Shown piece by piece: positions 1 to 14,330 of a stretch of DNA of 64,000 nucleotides (the first letter of the stretch is position 1; each line of letters starts with the position of its first letter). The translations under genes were made by a program, and so were the position numbers. The notes beneath the pieces are model-generated. The model ran no database searches and was not told the origin of the DNA. It saw only the letters and a program-made list of their open reading frames with translations. The DNA lies in contig OX597829.1 in assembly GCA_951406725.2 (NCBI GenBank), forward strand, positions 14,818,001 through 14,882,000. Direction: 5' to 3'. Source of the DNA: Octopus vulgaris (taxonomy: Eukaryota).

Positions 1-402
1 TTGAAAAATGGCGGATAATGGAGAAGGAAAAGAAAGAAAATGATAGATTATCAGAAGAAATGAGGTAAGGAAATTAGAAATGAAGTGTATATAGAGGTGA
101 GAAAAAGAAGAAGAACGAAAGAAATAAAGAGATAGATTGTCAGAAGAAATAAGGAAAGGAAATTAAGAATGGAGTGTGTAAGTCATGACAGGGAAAAATA
201 GAAAAGAAGAGGAGAAGGGAAGGAAAGGAAGAGAAGACAGACTATCAGAAGAAATGAGAAAAGGAAATTAGGCATTGGTGTGTAAGCCAGGAGTGAGATA
301 GAAGGGAAAATGCAATTATCGGTTCTTTATTCGTTGGTGACGATGTTGTTGTTTTCATTTGAAGACATCATCATTTTAACTACTTCTCTTCTTCTTCCTC
401 TG

Positions 403-654
403 TCTTCTTCTTCTTCTTCTTCTTCTTCTTCTTCTTCTTCTTCTTCTTCTTCTTCTTCTTCTTCTTCTTCTTCTTCTTCTTCTTCTTCTTCTTCTTCTTC
501 TTCTTCTTCTTCTTCTTCTTCTTCTTCTTCTTCTTCTTCTTCGTCTTCTTCTTCTTCTTCTTCTTCTTCTTCTTCGTCTTCTTCTTCTTCTTCTTCTTCT
601 TCTTCTTCTTCTTCTTCTTCTTCTTCTTCTTCTTCTTCTTCTTCTTCTTCTTCA
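403..654. repeat. (TTC)n microsatellite, about 250 bp
   Basis: Read directly; source of the poly-S and poly-K ORFs. Confidence 0.98.
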
Positions 655-919
655 GCTTGTCCTCTTCATTCACAATCTCCTTTTCTTTTGTTTCTTCTAC
701 TTCTCTTTCTTGTTTATTCTCCTTTTCCCTCTCCGTCTTCTTGTTCTTTTCTTGTTTCCTTCTTTCCTTTCTTTTTCTTCCCAACTCTTCTTCATTTATC
801 CCTCGTTCCCCCTTCTTCCTCTTCCCTCCTTCCTCTCCCCTCCCTCCTTTTTTCTCTCCCTCCTCTCCTTCCCCCCATGCTCCTCATTCTTCCTCTCCCT
901 CTCCTCCCCGCTTCTTCTT

Positions 920-950
<31 letters not shown>

Positions 951-1372
951 TTTACACACTCCATTCCTAATTTCCTTTCCTCATTCCTTCTAATAAATCT
1001 TTCTCTTTTTTCCTCTCCATTATCCTCAATTCTTCAAGATCTCTCTTTTAACCGACCATCATTCAAGTCTCGTTACACTTCAATCACCTTTTGAAATTTA
1101 TTTCGATGCATTGTTATTATTCTCATTTCCTCCTCCTTCTACTCATTCTCCTCTTTCTCCTCCTCTCCTTCGTATTCTTCTTCCTGCACTTCTTTCCTAC
1201 TTCTTCATTTTCCTTTTATTTACCACTTCGTCATATCCTCCTCCTCCTCCTCTCCCTTCTTCTTCCGTTCTTAGAACAAGATCCACTTGAGGTCGACAAA
1301 ACAAGTACCAGTTGATGTAATCGACTACTGCGTTACCCCAAAGTTTCAGGCCTTGTGCCAATAAGGAAAAGT

Positions 1373-1728
1373 TATTAAGGCTCAGTTAGAATTTTTAGCA
1401 TCGCGCTCAAAAAGGTCCCTGAATAACGATTGTTGAACGAACCACCCATCTTTCCAAAGGTGAATTATTCAAACCCCAAAGAATCCCTCGCAACACATGG
1501 CTATGATGCTCCCCCACTACTTCTGCTCGTGATCAGAGATGCACATATCGTCAGCCACTAAGGGACATACTCAACTGGTTATGGTCAAATAACTGACAAG
1601 CAAATCTGTGGAGTTGGGATAGAATATTTGCTGTAGCCCATCTTTTATACCAAGACAAAACAATGTACATGATAACACTTCCAATCAGTTAAGATCAGAA
1701 GCCATGAGAGCCACTGCCTGGTACTGCA
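1373..1728. mobile_element. Partial copy of an unclassified ~550-bp dispersed repeat flanked by (TTA)n
   Basis: Near-identical to 48178-48729 and 56275-56813 (e.g. ctacttctgctcgtgatcagagatgcacatatcgtcagccact). Confidence 0.85.
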
Positions 1729-1743
1729 TTATTATTATTATTA

Positions 1744-1819
<76 letters not shown>

Positions 1820-3292
1820 CATTGTTGTTGTTGTTGTCTTTTTGTTGTTATCGGTCTTAGTATTCTTATTTGCTTGGGTCCCTTGTGTAGGTTTGTGTGT
1901 GTGTGTGTGTGTTTGTGTATGTGTAGTTACCTATGTGTCTATGTCTGTTTGAATCTGTGTGTAAAAGAAGAAAAATGTAACAAAAGTAGGAAAAATAAAG
2001 AAAAGATGAGATGAGTATAGGAAATTAGGTAGTGAGTGTAAGTCAGGAGGGGGGGGAGATGGAAATGGAAATGTGATTACCGACCCTTTATTCGTTGGTG
2101 ATGATGCTGTTGTTTATATCTGAAGGATCTGGTTGCGTACGTGCGTAGGTTTTATGTGTGCATATGTGTGTGTATGCGTGTATGAGTGCGGATGAATGCA
2201 TGTGTGTATAAGTATGTGTGTGTGTGTGGATGACAGGATGTGTGCGTATGAATACATCAGTGTGTGTGCGTGTGTGTATGCATGTGTGTGTGTATGTGTG
2301 TGTGTGTGTTCTATGTTTGAGTTCGGGCGAATATTTGTGTGTGTGGGGTGCATGAAAGTATGTTTATGAGTGACTGTGTGTGTGGAGAGTGAGAGAGAGA
2401 GAGAGAGAGTGAGTGAGGGGGAAAGAGACATTCATTGGGAGATAGAGAAAATCTCTGTGTGTGAAAGTGAGTATGAGTTTGGAGGAGGCGGAGGAGGAGG
2501 GGAAGAAGAAGTAAAAGAGGGAAAATGATAGATTATCAGAAGCAATGAGGAAAATATGTTTGGCAATAAGTGTGGTAATCAAACAGGGTAAGTCTTTATC
2601 CGTTGGTGATGATCTTGTTGCCTATATTTTGAGGATAATCCTTGTTGGGCACATGAATAGGTTTGTGTGTGCGTGTGTGGGTGTGTGTGTGTGTAACTGC
2701 ATGTATGAGATTGTGAGTCTATGAGCAACTGTGCGTAGAAAGAGAGAGAAAGAGAGAGAGAGAGAGAGAGTCAGTTATGAAGAGGACGGATGTGTTAGTA
2801 TCCTGAGTGCATGACTACGTGCAGTAACCAACACCAAGCCAAGCCAAAAGCCAAACAGTAGGTTTCTAACAAAAACTGGAAGGTACACACACACACACAC
2901 ACACATACACACACACACATACACACACACACACGCACACTCACACACACACACATACACACACAAAAAATATATATATATATTTATTTATTTATATAGT
3001 GAGAATTTACAAAAGAAAACAAAACAAAAGACGAAGACGGGTGTGTAAACAACAAACAGGTGTATTGGTTTAACGCTCGACAGAAAGGAACACCGAAATA
3101 AACAGAGAGAGAATATAGAAAAAGGTTTAGTTTCATGGCGAACACACAGGATTTATATTCTAGCTACAATTAGTTTCATGCTGTACAAACACGACGACAT
3201 TTAAATCAGACCGGAAGGAATAGTTTCGTTGTTCATTTCACCAATAGTATAACAGTATATATATATATATATATATATATATGCGTGTGTGT

Positions 3293-3556
3293 GTGGAGGC
3301 GTTAGGGATCGTAGGATCGCGGTTTCGATTGCCAGACCGGCCGTTGTGAGTGTTTATTGAGCGAAAACACCTAAAGTTCCTGCAGGGAGTGATGGCGATC
3401 CCTGCTGTACTCTTTCACCACAACTTCCTCTCACTCTTTCTTCTGTTGGCCTGCTCCTTTAGCCAGTGGGGTGGCGTCATTCGAAGGCTAAAACAATGCG
3501 AAGCGCATTGTGACCAGAGATGCGTAGCAACATCTGATAGCCTGGTCAGTCACACG
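3293..3556 (+). mobile_element. tRNA-derived SINE family R, internally deleted copy
   Basis: Shares B-box-like ggtttcgatt, gtttattgagcgaaaac and ggtggcgtcatt..aaggctaaaacaatgc with the copy at 10560. Confidence 0.8.
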
Positions 3557-3566
3557 TTGTATATAA

Positions 3567-3622
<56 letters not shown>

Positions 3623-4199
3623 ATATATATGTGTGTGTATATATATATATACGTATGTATGTATGTATGTATGTATGTATGTATGTATGTATGTATGTAT
3701 GTATGTATGTGTGTATGTATGTACACACACATTACAGGCTTTTTCAGTTTTTCTTAGTCAAATCCGCTTGAAAGACATTGGTCAGTACGGGTCGTTAACA
3801 GCATAAGCTTGTCCGCGGGATCGCATAGTAGAATGGAAGACACAACCTTTTGGTTAGGAAGCAAACCTCTTACCATAGAGCTACGCCAGCATCTGCAAGA
3901 TAAGTTACCGAAAAGATATTTTTATCCGTTCCCTAATGATAGCAACAACCGATCAAAGGAAATATTCCTAAATAACCAATTAACCTTAAGATATCTTCTC
4001 TTCATTATGCTTTCAATGTGCCGGTCCATTAATGACAGAGTCTACGTTTCGCAATTGGTATTTAAGGCAAAGAAATGTATCTGGAGAGCTATTCTATTCA
4101 GAGTGTACAATGGAAATTATAATGCTTTTCATCTAACGAAACACTGGAGTATTAAATATATCCAACGCATGATATATATTATAATACATCTTAAGATAT

Positions 4200-4293
<94 letters not shown>

Positions 4294-4466
4294 GTGTGTA
4301 TGTATGTATGTATGTATATATGTGTGTGTTTTATGTATATATGTATGTATATATATATATGTACATATATATACATATATATATGTATGTACGTATGTAT
4401 ATATTTGTATGTGTGTGTATGTATATTAGTATGTATGTATATATGTGTGTGTTTTATGTATATATG

Positions 4467-4519
<53 letters not shown>

Positions 4520-4837
4520 ATAGATGTATATATATACATATATATATATATAAATTGTTGGTGCAATTAACTGTACGACTTCTACTGTTATGCTTAGAGC
4601 TTAATGTAGATTATCATCATCCAAACTGCTTCCTGTATGGTTGTAAATTTTAAACTGAGTAATGTTATTAGTTATGAGCTACAGATTAAATGCGGGATAA
4701 ACGAGGATACACACAGTTTTAAATCACAGTTACTACGATTGTTTCACCATTTTGGTTGTTGACGCGGTCCAAACAGCCATAATGGTAAAGCGTGCGTAGA
4801 ACTATGATACAAAATTGTTTGTATGTATGCATGTATG

Positions 4838-4901
<64 letters not shown>

Positions 4902-5131
4902 TGACTTGAGGTTAAGCACGTTATCAATGGTTTCATGTGGTGAGAAATCTCACAACTGTTGTCATATTGGAGACAAGTGCCTATGTTCCCATATGGCAGG
5001 TTTTATAATTGTTGAGAGACTACCATTAGTAGCCTTGTTAACCCACGTGGTGTTGAGCCCTCATTTACATTTTCACATCTTTACTGTTCAATGTTAGGAT
5101 CTGTATAACACTTACTTCTACCTGCAATCAA

Positions 5132-6104
5132 CTAGGCCTTAAAATCACAGTCGCTTTTAATCTGTCTAACGTTGAATTTTTAAATGTTTCCCTGGACCTG
5201 AATTCCATGTGTTATAAACCTTACCATAAGCCCAGCGAGAAACTTTCCTGTATACATAAACAGCCTTGTTACCCTCCTGTAATATCTAAAAAAACTGATG
5301 GCTGACATTAGTAACAGAATTTCTAACCTGTTTTCGGAAAGGCAGGTCCCTACCAAAACAATGGCAAGTTTTAAGGATGAATTGATATATTATTATCTAG
5401 TTTTTAGTCAGAATAATAAAAATAATAAACGTAAAAATAGATCTAGCAAACTAATTTGGTTCACCTCTCCTTTTTCACTTAACGTAAAAAACTAAGATAG
5501 GTGAAAGATACTTGTCTCTCTTATACAAACATTTCCTAGAAAATAACAGGTGCAGTGAAATATTTTACAAGGGCTCAGTGAAATTGCTGCTGTCCCAATA
5601 TGAAGACCATCTTTACACGAGACAAACACGAAGAGCCCTCTCCCAGTTGTAACTTCAGAGACCCAGCAACTTGTCCACTCGACTAGCGACGTATGATTAA
5701 ATCCGTCATATATGAAGCAGAAGTTACAGCAACGCTAAAGAATAACACAACCGCTAAGGAGAGCTATACTGGATTATGTATAATTCAAAAATTGTTATGC
5801 TCATCACATATCTTCCAGCCGAGACTGGAACAAAAGTAAAGCTACTGAGTTGACTAGCCACGTAAGGGGTTTGAAATCGAACGCCAAATCACATACGACA
5901 GAGTGGATAATAGTCGAAAAATCCACACCATATGTTAAATGATCAAGAATATGTAAGCTATGCATAGATGAAAGAACTCAAATCCTTTTCAGATCTAAGA
6001 ACCCTGACTTACTGCTGAACTCTAGATCCGACATTTTCAACGGTTGTAAACATATGCCTAAGTTCCTGCTGATGAATCTGAAAGTGCCCCACTCACCTAA
6101 GTGA
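5132..6104 (+). mobile_element. Penelope-like retroelement remnant (RT C-terminus + GIY-YIG endonuclease), Naiad-type, pseudogenised
   Basis: Manual translation across frameshifts: LGLKITVAFNLSNVEFLNVSLDL...YKPYHKP...IHKQPCYPP, KLIWFTSPFSLNVK, CNFRDPATCPLD, SVIYEAEV...SYTGL, ICKLCIDE...LLNSRSDIFNGCKH. Multiple stops. Confidence 0.8.
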
Positions 6105-6785
6105 ATAACTGTACAATAGGCTCTAAGAGGCTATATTTTCAACCTTATAATTTTTGGTAAAAGAGAAATAGCTCTTATACCCCTTTTGCTTTTTCCTGAA
6201 TTCTTTTTTTCGTTTTCCGATTTTTCAACCTTCTACTTTGTATACCCTTCCTTCTCGCCTTTTCTCGCTTTTTCTCTCGTCCCATTTTAAGTTCATATCA
6301 CTATGTGGACAGTTTCTGAGGATTATACTGGGATATCAGAAGTGTTATAAAATACTTTGGCATGTCCTCAGCACATAAAGCTAATAGTAGAACATGAAAC
6401 CATATATTCTGCTTCTTAAATAATATCTATCATTCACCCGATGGAGTACAACTTTGTTGATCTTACTATCACGGAACAGTACAGTAAGTGTATATATATA
6501 TATATTTATATATGTATGTGTATATATACAAATACATATATATGCGTGTATATATATATATATATATATAGTGAGAGAGAGAGCCTTGCACTCACAACCT
6601 AACAGACAGGCAATCGTTCATACATGTTTATACATATATGTGTATATAAACCTCTGTATATAAATATATATAGCAAGGTAAACATGTTGGCATACTTGGG
6701 AATATCTCTCTCTTTTTCTTTCTCTCTCTCTATATATATGTATAATCGTATCGTATGTACCTCCAAATATGTATGAATGATTGTA

Positions 6786-6874
<89 letters not shown>

Positions 6875-7020
6875 CCGCCTGGAACATCAAGAACCACATC
6901 AAACAACTCCTGGCAAAAATTGTTCACTTTGATGACATTGCATCAATTGCGTCTCATTCTTCGTCTGATATTACTACTACTACTACTACTACTACCGCCG
7001 CCGCCACCACCACCACCACC

Positions 7021-7066
<46 letters not shown>

Positions 7067-7177
7067 TCATTACTGCTACCGTTACTGCTAGCATTACACC
7101 TACAACTTCCCTAATAAAAATATTAGTAACAATAAAAATTCCACTGTGCTGCTCTTAGTGATACTACTCCTTCACTG

Positions 7178-7260
<83 letters not shown>

Positions 7261-7448
7261 CTAGAATAGGCTCAAGGCCTGGAGTTTTGAAAGCGTGGTG
7301 TAGTCGATTGCAACCTCTCCCCAGTGTTCAGAAAGTGCTTTTTTTTTCATCGATACCAAACGGATGGAAGGCAAAGTCTACCTCGGCAGAATTCGAATTC
7401 AGAACGCTGGGTTGGACGAAATAATGCTAAGCATTTTGACCGGTGTGT

Positions 7449-7507
<59 letters not shown>

Positions 7508-8630
7508 TAATAACAATAATAATGATGATGATGATGAAACTTTCAAATTTTGCCACAAAGCCAGTAAGTCCAGGAGAGGGAATCAGTCGATTACATTGAT
7601 GCCAGTGCTCAGCTGGTAGCAAAATGATGAAAGGTACCGAAATGATGAAAGGTAAATTCGACCGAAGCGGAATTTGAACGCAAAGCGTAAAGACTTACGA
7701 AATGCCACTAAGCATATAGCCCGGCGTGTTCATGATTCTGCCAGTTTACCAATAAACAACAACAATAATAATAATGCAGTTGTTGCTATTCTACTGCTAC
7801 AAATGCTATTACTAATACAACTACTACTTCTACAACTACTACTAATACTACTATTTCAGCTGTACTACTAATACGGATGCTTTTGTAAGTCATTATTTTC
7901 TTTGTACTTTTTAACCCCAAACCTTCCAGCACCCATAACCCATATGCTTTCTACGGTAGTGGTCGTGATAACGATTTCATAATCCCAAACATAGCTGTCC
8001 TCTGCTTTATCAACATCACTACCATCAGCATACAAATTATCATCACCACCACTATCATCATTATCGTCATCACCATCACCCCAACAACACCATCATCATC
8101 ATGACTGTTATCATCATCAGCAGCAGCAGTACTCCACCACGATCACCCCACCACCATCACCATCGCCGCCGCCATCCTTTTCCTTACGACCAGCATCACA
8201 ACCACCATTACCGCTATCACCTCTCCACCACTATCATCGTAATGTGAACTCCGATCGATAGACATGGCTTTATCGAATCAATCAATCATACCCGATTCCC
8301 ATATTAGTAAAAAACATTCTCGTGCATAAACACACACACACACACACACACACTCATATATATATCAAAAACAGAAAAACAGAAAAAAGGTAAAAAGAAA
8401 GAACGAAAGAGAAGGAGAAGAGAAATCGAAAAGATCGATACCATTAGAAGTTTATAGAGAATGAAAAGAATATTGAAAGCGGTTCTGATAAATCGATATG
8501 AAACGCTGGTGTGTTTGTTAAAAGGACTTGTGTGACCTACCTACACTTAGCGTGTTGTTCTGGCTGCTTTTTACCATACGTCACCTTTAAATCACATAAA
8601 CAAAACACATACAGATATATATAAGCATAC

Positions 8631-8664
<34 letters not shown>

Positions 8665-8710
8665 AAAAAAGTCAAGATAGAAAATGCTAAAATAATTTTA
8701 TAAAAAACAT

Positions 8711-8750
8711 TTCAGTACCGGTTTCAGTCATTGACACTTTTTCAACTGTA
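8711..8750 (-). ncRNA. Minimal type-I hammerhead motif, U3-A8 variant
   Basis: Minus strand: CAG-UUGAAAA-AGU(gucaaug)ACU-GAAA-CCGG-UA-CUG; palindromic stem III ACCGGU, GUA triplet; next to a PLE endonuclease remnant. Confidence 0.6.
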
Positions 8751-8829
8751 ACAATAAAATAATTAAATTTAGAAAAATTTAAAGAAAAGTTTTATTAAAA
8801 GAATATTTGTATAGTGTATATCCCACAAT

Positions 8830-9190
8830 TGGGTCTTAATCCTCCAAACACACACCATCATAAAAAGCAAGAGACAGCCTCAATCTATGAAAAGTCTCCT
8901 AACACAAGCCGGAATACGCTCAACAATACAGAAGCCGTCAGTAAAAAAATGTGGAAGACCCAATTGTGGGATATGCGATTATCTAATTGAGAGATCAGGG
9001 TTCTCCTTCAAACAGGGACAACCTGATATACACACTAACCTGCTCTGGGTGTCAAGAGCAATACATAGGCCAAACAAAAAATAGTCTACGTAAAAGAATG
9101 GCCCTGCACAGATCCCAGATAAAAATTCCCCAAAACAGAAAAATAACATTCAGCCAACACATAGACATTTGCGCCAACAACAACAAAAAA
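8830..9190 (+). mobile_element. Penelope-like GIY-YIG endonuclease remnant (Neptune-like Cys linker)
   Basis: IIKSKRQPQSMKSLLTQA...KKCGRPNCGICDYL, then after a frameshift NLIYTLTCSGCQEQYIGQTKNSLRKRMALHRSQI (IY..CxxC..YIGQT..R...H). Confidence 0.85.
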
Positions 9191-9929
9191 TATATGTGCA
9201 TATTTTAATGTATTTATAAACAAACACGGATATATATATATCTCTCCAAGTATATATATGCATGTATATGCATATACACATATACATGGAAGTGTGTATA
9301 TATATTTAAACATGCATACACATGAGCATATATATGTTTTCATATGTACGCATGTATTCTTATCTATTTACTCACACACACACGCACACACACAGAGGCA
9401 CGCACATACACGCACACACAGAGTCGTACATGATGCAAATACACAAACACACAGTTATTCGTTGGTGCAATCGTGTCATTGTGTTCAGACATTTGCCTTC
9501 CAAAATTGCGGACTTGTTTTCAGTGTCACCGTGCGGCACATGTTACATAAGTTTCCTACTACATATCCGGCCCGATCTGGTGACTGAACTTGGAAGGCTG
9601 AATTAAAAGAGTCTCACACATATACTCACACACACGTATGCATGCAAGGCTCCTTTGTATCTGTGTGTGTATGTGTGTGTATGTGTGTGCGTGTGTATGT
9701 CTTTGTGTTTATGCTTGGCGGCACTATCGCTTGATAAACTGGTTCAGTTTGTTCATATTTCCGTAAATTATCGGTTCAACAAAAAGCGTCAGATAGAATG
9801 AGTATGGAGTTAATTTGTTCTACTAAACACTTCAAGGGAGTAACCTAGCATGGTCGCAGTCCAATAGACTGAAATAAGTGAAAGATGATATATATATATA
9901 TACATACGTACATACATATATATATATAG

Positions 9930-10013
<84 letters not shown>

Positions 10014-10172
10014 GTATATATATATATATATGTGTGCATGTATATATCTATGTATATATATATATGTTGTATGTGTATATATACATATGTATTTATATAT
10101 ACATATATATATATATATGTGTGTGTACGAATGTGTGTGTGTCTGTGTCTGCGTGATTCTGTGTGAATACGT

Positions 10173-10226
<54 letters not shown>

Positions 10227-10411
10227 ATATATATTATATATATTCAAACATGTATTCACACAGACCCACTCACACACACATACGTTTATGAATACAATTG
10301 TAATCGTGTAAATAGGAATATTTCTCTTTACACTGAGACCAGCCATCCCAACATCACCTGTTATATATACAATAACAGGTTTAAGTGCTGCTAACGACAC
10401 TATTGGATACA

Positions 10412-10454
<43 letters not shown>

Positions 10455-10468
10455 GCACATTGTGTATG

Positions 10469-10559
<91 letters not shown>

Positions 10560-10561
<2 letters not shown>

Positions 10562-10868
10562 GAGACGCAATGGCCCAGTGGTTAGGGCAACAAACTCGCG
10601 GTTGTAGGATCGTGGTTTCGATTCCCAGACCAAGCGCTGAAAATGTTTATTGAGCGAAAACGCCTAAAATCTCCACGATGTTCCGAGAGGAAGATGGTGG
10701 CGATCCCTGCTGTACTCTTTCGCCACAGCTTTCTCTCACTCTTTCTTCTGTTGGCCTGCTCGCTTAGCCAGCGGGGTGGCGTCATTTGAAGGCTAAAACA
10801 ATGCAAAGCGCATTATGACCAGCGATATGTAGCAACATCTGATTGCCTGGTCGGTCACGGTGATCACG

Positions 10869-10872
<4 letters not shown>
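10560..10872 (+). mobile_element. tRNA-derived SINE family R
   Basis: Head ggagacgcaatggcccagtggttaggg (A-box-like) ... ggtttcgattccc (B-box-like); sits between (TA)n tracts; second copy at 3293. Confidence 0.85.
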
Positions 10873-10907
<35 letters not shown>

Positions 10908-10913
10908 CTTATG

Positions 10914-10953
<40 letters not shown>

Positions 10954-10959
10954 CGCGTA

Positions 10960-11880
10960 TTACAATGCGGAACACAATTTTTGTTGAAACACATCTAACA
11001 CTTGTGCTAACTTTTGACCCCTGGATCCGTAGATGAACCCGTCTTTTCTCTATCACTTCAACTGCATACCTCTCTTAGTCTCAAAAAACTCTAAAAATAC
11101 TGCATCTAATAAATTTGTGCTTATTTTATAGAATAATTTCTGAATTTACGCACAATGGAAAATAATAAACACTGCTCGACTGTAATATTTGTACAAGTTT
11201 ACATTGTTCTTACAAATGATTGTTATCTAAGTCAAACTGTGTGTAGGTAGTTTAGGTTTAAATTTATGCATATAGATTTTCCCGGAGTGCTAAATCTTTG
11301 GAGAATTTCAGTTTATGCTCTGTGAATAGTTAGCCTTCATATTTACATCAATCTTGACATTGTACGTCCATGACGCTTACATCTTGATAGAATCATTCAC
11401 TTTGCTACTAGCTGACCTCACCATGGTTTTCCAGGATATTTGCGAAATGGCTGTGCAAAAAATGGAACTTGATGCTCATTTTGCCAGCGAATCCGAGTGC
11501 TTTGTAGCTCTCCAGTACGTTCTGGACAATTTAGATATTGTTCTTTACTCGTTTCTTTCCAAAAAAGTTCTACATAGGCAAGTTCTTTGACAATCAAGCA
11601 TTCTTTTCGCCTTCTGACATTGTTCCTATGAAACGTTTGATAAGCTGTCGAACTGTGGACTATCAAATACACCAGCCTTGATTTTTTCCAAATGACAGGC
11701 CATGAAATGTCAAATGGGGTACTTGAAACAGTCTCTTTCATTTGACGTTGCTTCAATGGACCCAGCTTCAAGTGGTGGGAGTATGCTTTTCTTTATGTGA
11801 ACAAGTGACTCGTATAGAATGTTCATGTCACCGTGTTTGAGGTCAGATCTTGGAAGCCAACATCTGATCTCAAACCCCTA
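10960..11880 (-). mobile_element. Degenerate DNA transposase, probably Chapaev3-type (CMC)
   Basis: Minus-strand fragments WLPRSDLKHGDMNILYESLVH..ILPP-LKLG, EKIKAGVFDSPQ, LESYKALGFAGKMSIKFHFLHSHFANILENHGEVS..FYQD resemble the LPPLHIKLG / HFLHSHLD.FPEN.G.VSDEQGERFHQD family. Superfamily assigned from memory. Confidence 0.65.
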
Positions 11881-11969
11881 TACCCACAGTTTATATCTAT
11901 ATACAGGTAGAATAGTTAGTAGGCTGTTATGTATATGTATGTATATATTTATGTATGTATATTTATATG

Positions 11970-12050
<81 letters not shown>

Positions 12051-12055
12051 ATATG

Positions 12056-12106
<51 letters not shown>

Positions 12107-12942
12107 GAATGTAGGCAAATGGATATATGGATATTAAAGTAAACAGATAGACATATAGAGGGATAGCTAAGCACACATACACACACAGACGCAAATGAAG
12201 ACTGAATCACATCCCCATATACGCACACACACACTTCATTTCACACAAGGACACATGTGGAGACCCACATCCGCACATATGGAAATACACATCTATACAT
12301 ACAGACTGAGTACATTGTCACAAAACTCATAAACACACTGTCTAAATACTTCTCATTTTGAGCTTTGAACGACATATGAGTCTTCGAAGGCAGTTGCACC
12401 CATTTGTACCAAATTAAAAATTTTAATTTATGGAGGGTGAAAGTTGAGAACAAAAACAGGGCAGTGGAGACACAAAAAGAAACCGAACGAAAACAATAAC
12501 GGAAGGTCGTTAGATCAGAACGAGGGTAAAATAGCGATCACTGGACACCTGTGTGTGTGTTTATGTGTGTATGTGTGTGTTAAGCGCATATGTGTTTTTG
12601 TGCTATGTGCATCACGCCGTCCACCAGACAGCCGGTACTGGTTTGCTTGCATCCCCGTAGTTTTAAGGTTTATCGAAAGGAATAATAAATGAGTTACTCT
12701 TTTTATAGACCTTTATACAAATATATGAACTGGCGAAGACGTGCAATGCATGTTTTTTTTGGGGTTCAACACCACTGCGGCATCTGCGGTAAATATTTTC
12801 TACAGTAGTCCCTGGTCGAGCAAAGCTTTGAGAATGGATTTAGCAGTCGGAAACTATGTGGAAGCCCGTACATACATGCACACGTACACACACACACACA
12901 CACACTCACACACACACACACGCATACACACACACACATATA

Positions 12943-12973
<31 letters not shown>

Positions 12974-13432
12974 CAACGTACGTCGGTACGTACGTATGTG
13001 TGTACTTACGAATAAATATATGCGATGAAAGCTATTAACTGTTCTAATGTTGTAAGAAGAATGCTATTTATTATTCAGAATATTTTTGGTTAGGTGACAT
13101 CATGAGGTCTTTATAGAAATATATAAATTGAATACATAGAGCGAAGATTTCTGGAATTTTTCGGAATGGAAATTGCATGGATGAAAGTTGTATAATGACT
13201 AGAATATTGGTGAGTGTATAGAAGACTGCTGTGATTTTATAGCAAGTGTTGAAAGATAAATAGATGCTTTCAAGATTATGTGAACGAATGTAGAAGGAAA
13301 TTATAGTCAGGACATGTAAGAATGTTATTTCGTAATATCTACAGAGGAACTGGAGCTAATAGTTAATATATTATGGAAATCTAAGAGATATTAATCCAAT
13401 ATATAGATGCATTTTTCTAACCACCGTTTGCC

Positions 13433-13788
13433 TTAACCCTTTGCCTGTTCAAAGTATTTACATAAGATTGTCCTAAATATCCAGGCTTGTTTTCAGACTT
13501 TTAGTTAGCCTTTGTTTTAGACGTTCTGATTAATGAATAGCATTCCTTTATAAATTCGAAGTTACTCGGGTGGTTGAAAATAATTGGCAAAGTGTATCAG
13601 ATATCATATATGAACCCCAGTGAAATATGTCATACGCATCACAAGTAATACTTAGGACATGCATAGATTTTACACGTCCATCAAGCTATGATTTCAACCT
13701 TGGAAAAAAATTGTGTATGTGTGACATGTATGATGTATGGAGGCTAGGAAAATATGTCCCGCATTTCACAAGACAGGCAAAATGTTAA
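13433..13788. mobile_element. piggyBac-type non-autonomous element with TTAA target sites; a second partial copy follows in tandem
   Basis: TTAA-CCCTTTGCCTGT (13433) ... ACAGGCAAAATG-TTAA (13785-13788); the next copy starts CCCTTTGCTTGT at 13789. Confidence 0.6.
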
Positions 13789-14079
13789 CCCTTTGCTTGT
13801 GTCCGTAGCGTTTTCATAAGTTTGTCCTAAACATCCAATGCATTTTGCTTTAGACGTTTTGTTAGCAGTTCTTTATAATGGAGTATCCGTAATCTCTGAA
13901 CTGTGACCTCTCAATGCGGATGAATATTTTCTTGATCCGATGATACTTTCTGATTCCCGAACTACTCACACTGTCGAGTTACGTTACTCCCGACATCTTT
14001 CGGAAGAAACTTCTCATTCGGCCACTTGTATTCAAAATCATACGCTTTCAATCATTGCTTAATATTCATGACCATAATC

Positions 14080-14330
14080 ACGAAAATGGAACTCAAGGTA
14101 GCGAGTTTGGTCTTGTACTTACCTCTCCTCTTTCGCGGATCAAATGATGGTGTTGGTACATTACTGTAAGTACACCAGGAGTTCTAGTATTCAATTCAGT
14201 CTCCTGTCTTCCATCACTCCAAATACGGCCCCGTGGTATTTAAAATTCGTTTGTGTCAGTGACGTTTCACTAAAATGCAAAGGGCAGTGGTTCGCCGTCG
14301 AGTTCTACAAGGTAGGACTGGGAATTAGAG
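14080..14330 (-). mobile_element. RTE-like LINE RT remnant
   Basis: Minus strand ..NFKYHGAVFGV.. resembles the FKYLG motif; similar to 30990-31620. Confidence 0.45.

Noticed and set aside
3809-4200. Non-repetitive 5' part of the 206-aa ORF as a host exon
   Set aside because: No recognisable domain or convincing splice sites; it begins in SINE-like sequence and ends in microsatellite.
5930-5965. In-frame TGA in the Naiad-type PLE remnant as possible selenocysteine
   Set aside because: It falls in PYVK*SRICKLC, not at a Cys position, and the copy has other stops and frameshifts; ordinary decay.
10560-10635. tRNA gene
   Set aside because: The tRNA-like head continues into a SINE body found elsewhere; no complete cloverleaf.
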